From a virus, in UHGV virus genome UHGV-0853564: a DNA stretch of 43,023 nucleotides; one strand, written 5' to 3'. Each line of letters opens with the position of its first letter. The stretch's first letter is position 1. Of this stretch, positions 38,608-43,023 are shown piece after piece. The notes beneath the pieces were generated by a model. The model worked only from the letters and a program-made list of their open reading frames with translations. It was not told the origin of the DNA and ran no database searches. A program made the translations under genes and the position numbers.

Positions 38608-41175
38608 TTAACTAAAACCATTGCTGAATCCGTCGGAGAAACCGCTGCCGTATGGCGCGGCGCCGTCGTATTTGTAGAAATCCGCTTCGTAGTTAATCCC
38701 GGTAATCTTGACCGTGCGGTCGTCACCAGGGTCAACTGTAGAAACAAGAATCATCTGAGCATTATGCCTTGCTTCGTTGCCGAATGAAAACTCAGTTTTT
38801 AGTGCACTATTACCTGTGTAAATTGCTTCCTGCGGTGCCGATAGCATAACTACTTCGCGGTCGTGACTTCCCGGCGCTACTGCAACACTCTGAACTCCGC
38901 CATCTCGCTTCTTAAGAATCAATGAGTGGTCGTCTCCGGGGGTAAACGTAACAGGTTGTGATAGCGTCAGTGCAAGCCCATTAACGGCAACAACATAGCC
39001 ATCTTGCGGGGCCATACGCGAACCTTTTACCACACTTACCGCACGCCCAGGCATTGCAAAAATACCTTCTTCTGCCGCTGTGAATGATACAGTCACCTTC
39101 TTCAACAGGTTTTTCTGGTAGCGGCGGTATGCGGCCCAGTATGCCTGCTTATAGTTACGGATGCCTTTAGAGTCATACGTTTCGGTATTAACCCCACCTT
39201 CTGCTGGTATGCTAATAGTCTCTTTGACGTTAGTATCTGGGTCGATGTAGGAGAATTTGAGACTATCGTATACCTGAGCGTCGTTGAATGTGCGTGTCCA
39301 CTTCTCCGAAGCTGTGGTTTTGCTACGATGCGTGAACACCATCTCGGGCCCCATGCGAGGGCGTTCGAAATCCAGAAGAATATCGGCACCTCTACGGTAT
39401 GGGGTGCAGAAAATTGCCTCCGCTATCGTAGCTACTATGTCCTGCATAGTAGTTTTGTAATCATCGAATGTGTAGCAGAATTGCCCTGCCTCGGCGTTCC
39501 CGAAATAACTTTCAATCTCAGCCTGTGTGGCCAGCAACTTATCCATGTTAGCCGTGGTGAGATTGAGGTTTCCTACAACCGGGTCGCGAGCAAGCCGTAT
39601 CAGGGACTGCACTGCCTGTGTATTAGGTGTCATAACTGTATCAAAAACACCGTTGCCCAGGTACTTGTACACCATCTCGGTAGCGACCATGCGCAATTGA
39701 GGCTGTTTAACCTCCGCGGCTCGTGGTGTCTGCTTACGAGCGGAATGTACTGTTGTACGGTTGCCGTAGTGCGGCGTACGGTCTATCGATTGCCCGTATA
39801 GGTTTGCGTATGTAACCTCGTCAACCACTGTACCCTCGAAATCAAGGTCCAGATTAGTAACGCGGCGCATACGCACGCGTACTTTAGACGGCGCGGGGAG
39901 ATCGGCGTATATTGTGACGCCAGTGTAATCCTGGCTACGGCCTGTAACTGTTCCTTGTTTTGTGTACACCGGGCCGTACGGTTGCCCCTCGGCATCCAGT
40001 AACTGGTATTGCATTTCGACAATGACAGATGCCCGTGTTTTATTCTCGCCGTTGTCCTTGTACATGCCGTTTGCCGCAGCAACGTTAGTTACCACTCGTT
40101 CTACGTTTATGCGGTTGATATAAGCCCAGTCTGTAAGGCTGGCATTATAGGTATCCTGCGGCCCAATCAGATGTTTACCCTGAACGTTATCTATGGGGTA
40201 CGCTGTTGTCCCTATTAAATTCCATTGTGTCTGGTTGTTAGAAATATCAACTACCAGGGTAGTGTCACTAACAGAAATAACCGGGTAATAACCGGAAAGA
40301 TTTACCTCACCGCCAAGGCCGCCAGGAGTAGTATCCGCAAACACTCCATCAAAGAATGCTATTTGACCAACAGAAAGAACATCATAGAATCCTGCGTCCG
40401 GTCCGGTAACTGTGCCAGTTGAACCAGAGCGCTGTACGGTGAATAACCCAACATTAACCTGTACGTCATTCTGGGCTTTAAGTACTACGCCGTCTACTTC
40501 GTTTGACGATACAGTGATGTAAAGCCCTTGGTCGATAGGGTCGCCGATGCGTAGTTGCGGCGTGCTAGTGTTATTTGGCGACGTGAACGGTGCGTATATT
40601 TCTACCGAAGTGCCCGTGATTTCTTGTACCCGAGTGTCGCCGTCGGTAACATCTTCTGGCTTGATGTCCAAATATCCTCTACCAGCATCGTAGTAGCCGT
40701 ATTCAACGACCGTACCGGATGCGTTAAACACCTTATAGGTGGTCATGAGGTCATTAGGAATAGTCTGCACCCGGCCGCAGATGTCATAAGTTCGCTCGTA
40801 AGGGCGAGCCTTGTTATTTCGGTCTGTCAGACTGTTGTTCGGTGAGTCCGCTTGCTGGTTAGCGAGATTGTTAGACGCGCCCCTCGTTGACGGTGTGAGT
40901 AATTTAGCTAGCGGTTTAAGGATGATGCTAAATACTTTCATCACGCCTTTGACTACCCCACCACCAGCACCCTCCAGGACGTGAAAAACGGCATCCTGTT
41001 TTAAGGCGTCAAAATCTTCTGTTACGTCGTTATCCTCCCCTATCTCTTCGAGGAAAACGCGAAACGGCACACCATCAGGGATATGGTTTACGACGAAATT
41101 CAGCGGCGAGTCATTATGCCGTTTTTGTGTGAATGTCCCGTCTTCGTTGCGGGTGTAGTGGATGACTATCGCCAA
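38608..41175 (-). CDS. central tail fiber / host specificity protein (gpJ-like)
   Basis: 855-aa ORF following K-like gene, lambda-type tail-tip order. Confidence 0.6.
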   Translation of the reverse strand: MAIVIHYTRNEDGTFTQKRHNDSPLNFVVNHIPDGVPFRVFLEEIGEDNDVTEDFDALKQDAVFHVLEGAGGGVVKGVMKVFSIILKPLAKLLTPSTRGASNNLANQQADSPNNSLTDRNNKARPYERTYDICGRVQTIPNDLMTTYKVFNASGTVVEYGYYDAGRGYLDIKPEDVTDGDTRVQEITGTSVEIYAPFTSPNNTSTPQLRIGDPIDQGLYITVSSNEVDGVVLKAQNDVQVNVGLFTVQRSGSTGTVTGPDAGFYDVLSVGQIAFFDGVFADTTPGGLGGEVNLSGYYPVISVSDTTLVVDISNNQTQWNLIGTTAYPIDNVQGKHLIGPQDTYNASLTDWAYINRINVERVVTNVAAANGMYKDNGENKTRASVIVEMQYQLLDAEGQPYGPVYTKQGTVTGRSQDYTGVTIYADLPAPSKVRVRMRRVTNLDLDFEGTVVDEVTYANLYGQSIDRTPHYGNRTTVHSARKQTPRAAEVKQPQLRMVATEMVYKYLGNGVFDTVMTPNTQAVQSLIRLARDPVVGNLNLTTANMDKLLATQAEIESYFGNAEAGQFCYTFDDYKTTMQDIVATIAEAIFCTPYRRGADILLDFERPRMGPEMVFTHRSKTTASEKWTRTFNDAQVYDSLKFSYIDPDTNVKETISIPAEGGVNTETYDSKGIRNYKQAYWAAYRRYQKNLLKKVTVSFTAAEEGIFAMPGRAVSVVKGSRMAPQDGYVVAVNGLALTLSQPVTFTPGDDHSLILKKRDGGVQSVAVAPGSHDREVVMLSAPQEAIYTGNSALKTEFSFGNEARHNAQMILVSTVDPGDDRTVKITGINYEADFYKYDGAAPYGSGFSDGFSNGFS

Positions 41176-41531
41176 AATTCAATCTCCTGATATGTGTCAC
41201 GTAAATCGTCCAGTCGGTCAAGGCGCACTTGTCTGGACGCTAACTCGCAGTGGCTTACCATACCGTCATAATACACGCCAGCGTGCCACACTACACGTCC
41301 TCTGTGATAAGTACCAAGCAACACCGCATCATAATTCTGCGGACTGGCGGCGCGTTCCAGACCTTTAGGGTTGGAGTGGCCCGCGTCAAACGCCGCGTCT
41401 ATCGCCGTCGGGGAGGTTACGTCGAAAGTCGGGGTAGATAGTCCAACATCACCGCGCACCCTGCGCACGTGATGCCAACAATTGTAACGACGGAAGTCAT
41501 AAGGGAGGCCAGTATAGGCAGTGATACTCAT
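41166..41531 (-). CDS. tail assembly protein, NlpC/P60-like (gpK-like)
   Basis: YNCWHHVRRV contains Cys-His pair typical of NlpC/P60 fold; internal ATG 41531 with ATGA overlap preferred over track start. Confidence 0.5.
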   Translation of the reverse strand: MSITAYTGLPYDFRRYNCWHHVRRVRGDVGLSTPTFDVTSPTAIDAAFDAGHSNPKGLERAASPQNYDAVLLGTYHRGRVVWHAGVYYDGMVSHCELASRQVRLDRLDDLRDTYQEIEFWR

Positions 41532-42058
41532 GACAAAAGTACCCCACGCAGCAGCGGAATTTCTTCTGGCGTCATCAGGATTCCTGTCTGCCGTTGGTTG
41601 AGCATAGGCGTTCCTGTCTCTGCGGTGAACACGCCTTTTTCTTGCGTCAACGTCTGCAACTCGTATACCACAGGGCCATCGCACGGGTACGACAGGTCAG
41701 TGCTTACATAACGGCGGAATATAAATTTTGGTAACTCTGTGTTGCTGTACGGGATGCGGTCCATCTCTTCATCGAGAATGTTAAGAACATCCGGCAGTGA
41801 GAATGAAGCTGTCTGGTCCATGTCATTATTGTTCGCGGCGTTCTTGGCGTCCATAGGGGTTGCTTCGAACGTAACGGTTTCGCCAGTCTCAAGCGTAGCG
41901 GTAAGGTCAGACGTCCCGCGCACGAGCAACCACCGCTTTGAGAGAAGCGGGTGCGTTATTTCAAGAGTAATGTAATCCAGTTCGCCGTCTGGGTTAGACG
42001 CCAGTTTACGACGATATGCGGCTTCTACTGATTCCTGGCTCATTGCATTGGGCCCCAA
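41528..42058 (-). CDS. minor tail protein (gpL-like)
   Basis: Position between M-like and K-like genes. Confidence 0.5.
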   Translation of the reverse strand: MGPNAMSQESVEAAYRRKLASNPDGELDYITLEITHPLLSKRWLLVRGTSDLTATLETGETVTFEATPMDAKNAANNNDMDQTASFSLPDVLNILDEEMDRIPYSNTELPKFIFRRYVSTDLSYPCDGPVVYELQTLTQEKGVFTAETGTPMLNQRQTGILMTPEEIPLLRGVLLS

Positions 42059-42534
42059 ATACGTGGAAACGTTGATTGCGCGGTTCCGTATGCTTTAAGG
42101 AATCCGCCTAAGCAATCCCCATAACAGCCGAACAAATCCGGTAGATTCTTAGTAAGACATGTATCTTCCTGAATCACTGTTCGCTCCGCCGTAGCGGTGA
42201 ACGTGATTACCCAGTTCTTGCCATCGTCGGTGCTGTCGCTAATCGTCGACGTGATGAGTATCTGGTGGTCCTCGATACCCATACCTGTATCATGCGGCAT
42301 GATAAACGAGGACGCCCCTCCATCGATGTTGTTCAGGAAGCTATAAAACGCCTGACGCCCGAGAGAAGACACGACAAGCGTTACACTAATCGGCACTGGC
42401 TCAAAGTACGTGTCTCGCCCCTGACGAGGTAATCCACCCTGAACCTCAGTGCGCCAGATATTACTCCCCCTGGTCTGGGAGTACCCCTTCGACACTATAG
42501 GTCGAAGGGACATAGGGAATCTTAAAGAAGACAT
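42040..42534 (-). CDS. minor tail protein (gpM-like)
   Basis: KGYSQTRG...VSVTLVV...FYSFLNNIDGGASSFIMP resembles lambda gpM pattern; first gene after tape measure stop. Confidence 0.5.
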   Translation of the reverse strand: MSSLRFPMSLRPIVSKGYSQTRGSNIWRTEVQGGLPRQGRDTYFEPVPISVTLVVSSLGRQAFYSFLNNIDGGASSFIMPHDTGMGIEDHQILITSTISDSTDDGKNWVITFTATAERTVIQEDTCLTKNLPDLFGCYGDCLGGFLKAYGTAQSTFPRIWGPMQ

Positions 42535-42537
42535 AGT

Positions 42538-43023
42538 TTAATACCCCGGCTGACCGCGAGTAGAGCGGCGAGCTTTAGAAATCGGTGAGTTGTTATCCTG
42601 TAACTGTGACGCTACTGTTTCACTGATTATAATACGTAACCGCCCCTCGTCGTCACGCTCGGTAACGGCAGAATCGACGCGTCCGGTGGTGTTGTTGACT
42701 ATGGTGACGTTATCACCGCCGGACTGGCCGCCGTTTTGTCCCATGATTTCTTTCATCTGCTGCGCGGTGCGCACACGCGATGCACCCGCAGGCATGATAA
42801 CTTCTGGCTTACCACGTTCCGCTATAGTTGACATCTGGCCTGCTGATAACTGCCCGCCCTGTTCACGCGCCGAGCGAATCTTGGCGATATTAGCCAGCCC
42901 CGCAGCTACTGCCGTTGCTGCGGCTACAGGAGCCAGGAATGGGCCGACAACAGGGATAGCAGCCGTTGACTTATACGCCTCAATAGCGGAGGTGTATGTT
43001 GCGATAGTGGCCTGGGCAATAGC
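42538..43023 (-). CDS. tail tape measure protein, C-terminal 161 codons (in frame with 1824..1)
   Basis: Frame open from window end to stop at 42538; hydrophobic segment AAIPVVGPFLAPVAAATAVAAGLANIA; track reports only the 98 aa from an internal Met. Confidence 0.7.
   Translation of the reverse strand, partial: AIAQATIATYTSAIEAYKSTAAIPVVGPFLAPVAAATAVAAGLANIAKIRSAREQGGQLSAGQMSTIAERGKPEVIMPAGASRVRTAQQMKEIMGQNGGQSGGDNVTIVNNTTGRVDSAVTERDDEGRLRIIISETVASQLQDNNSPISKARRSTRGQPGY

Noticed and set aside
39328-39801. 157-aa plus-strand ORF
   Set aside because: Antisense within the gpJ-like tail gene.
1-43023. Integrase / lysogeny module and tRNA genes
   Set aside because: No ORF with recombinase-like size or motifs and no cloverleaf-like tRNA sequence found by eye; the XRE regulator alone does not establish a temperate lifestyle. 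A tRNA scan was not possible.

Overview
The window reads as a complete, circularly closed ~43 kb genome of a tailed dsDNA phage (siphovirus-like, lambda-type tail tip), probably of an enterobacterial host; no integrase, tRNA or CRISPR array was seen. The tape measure gene runs in frame across the window edges (1824..1 continues into 43023..42538). Minus strand: a leftward operon of ~25 small genes from ~22963, a lysis cassette (two holin-like genes plus lysozyme), then small and large terminase, portal, Mu-F-like head protein, overlapped Rz/Rz1-like spanins, scaffold, major capsid, Ig-like protein, connector and tail genes, chaperone pair with a candidate -1 frameshift, tape measure, then M/L/K/J-like tail tip genes and a beta-helix-like tailspike. 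Plus strand (23.4-36.8 kb): replication module with AEP primase-helicase, PD-(D/E)XK nuclease, SSB-like protein, family A DNA polymerase, VRR-NUC, short C5-methyltransferase-like protein, SNF2-like helicase and Toprim protein. Most notable: two opposite-strand moron cassettes inside the structural operon (2.6-4.5 kb and 11.3-12.0 kb), each with its own near-identical promoter-like element and terminator; the first encodes a signal-peptide protein, an HTH-metallophosphoesterase fusion and a coupled 76-aa protein. The same GAATAGT dyad element recurs at 8 or more intergenic sites, next to the only XRE-type regulator gene. All calls are from reading the sequence and ORF track; no searches were run, and manually placed motif coordinates may be off by 1-2 nt.
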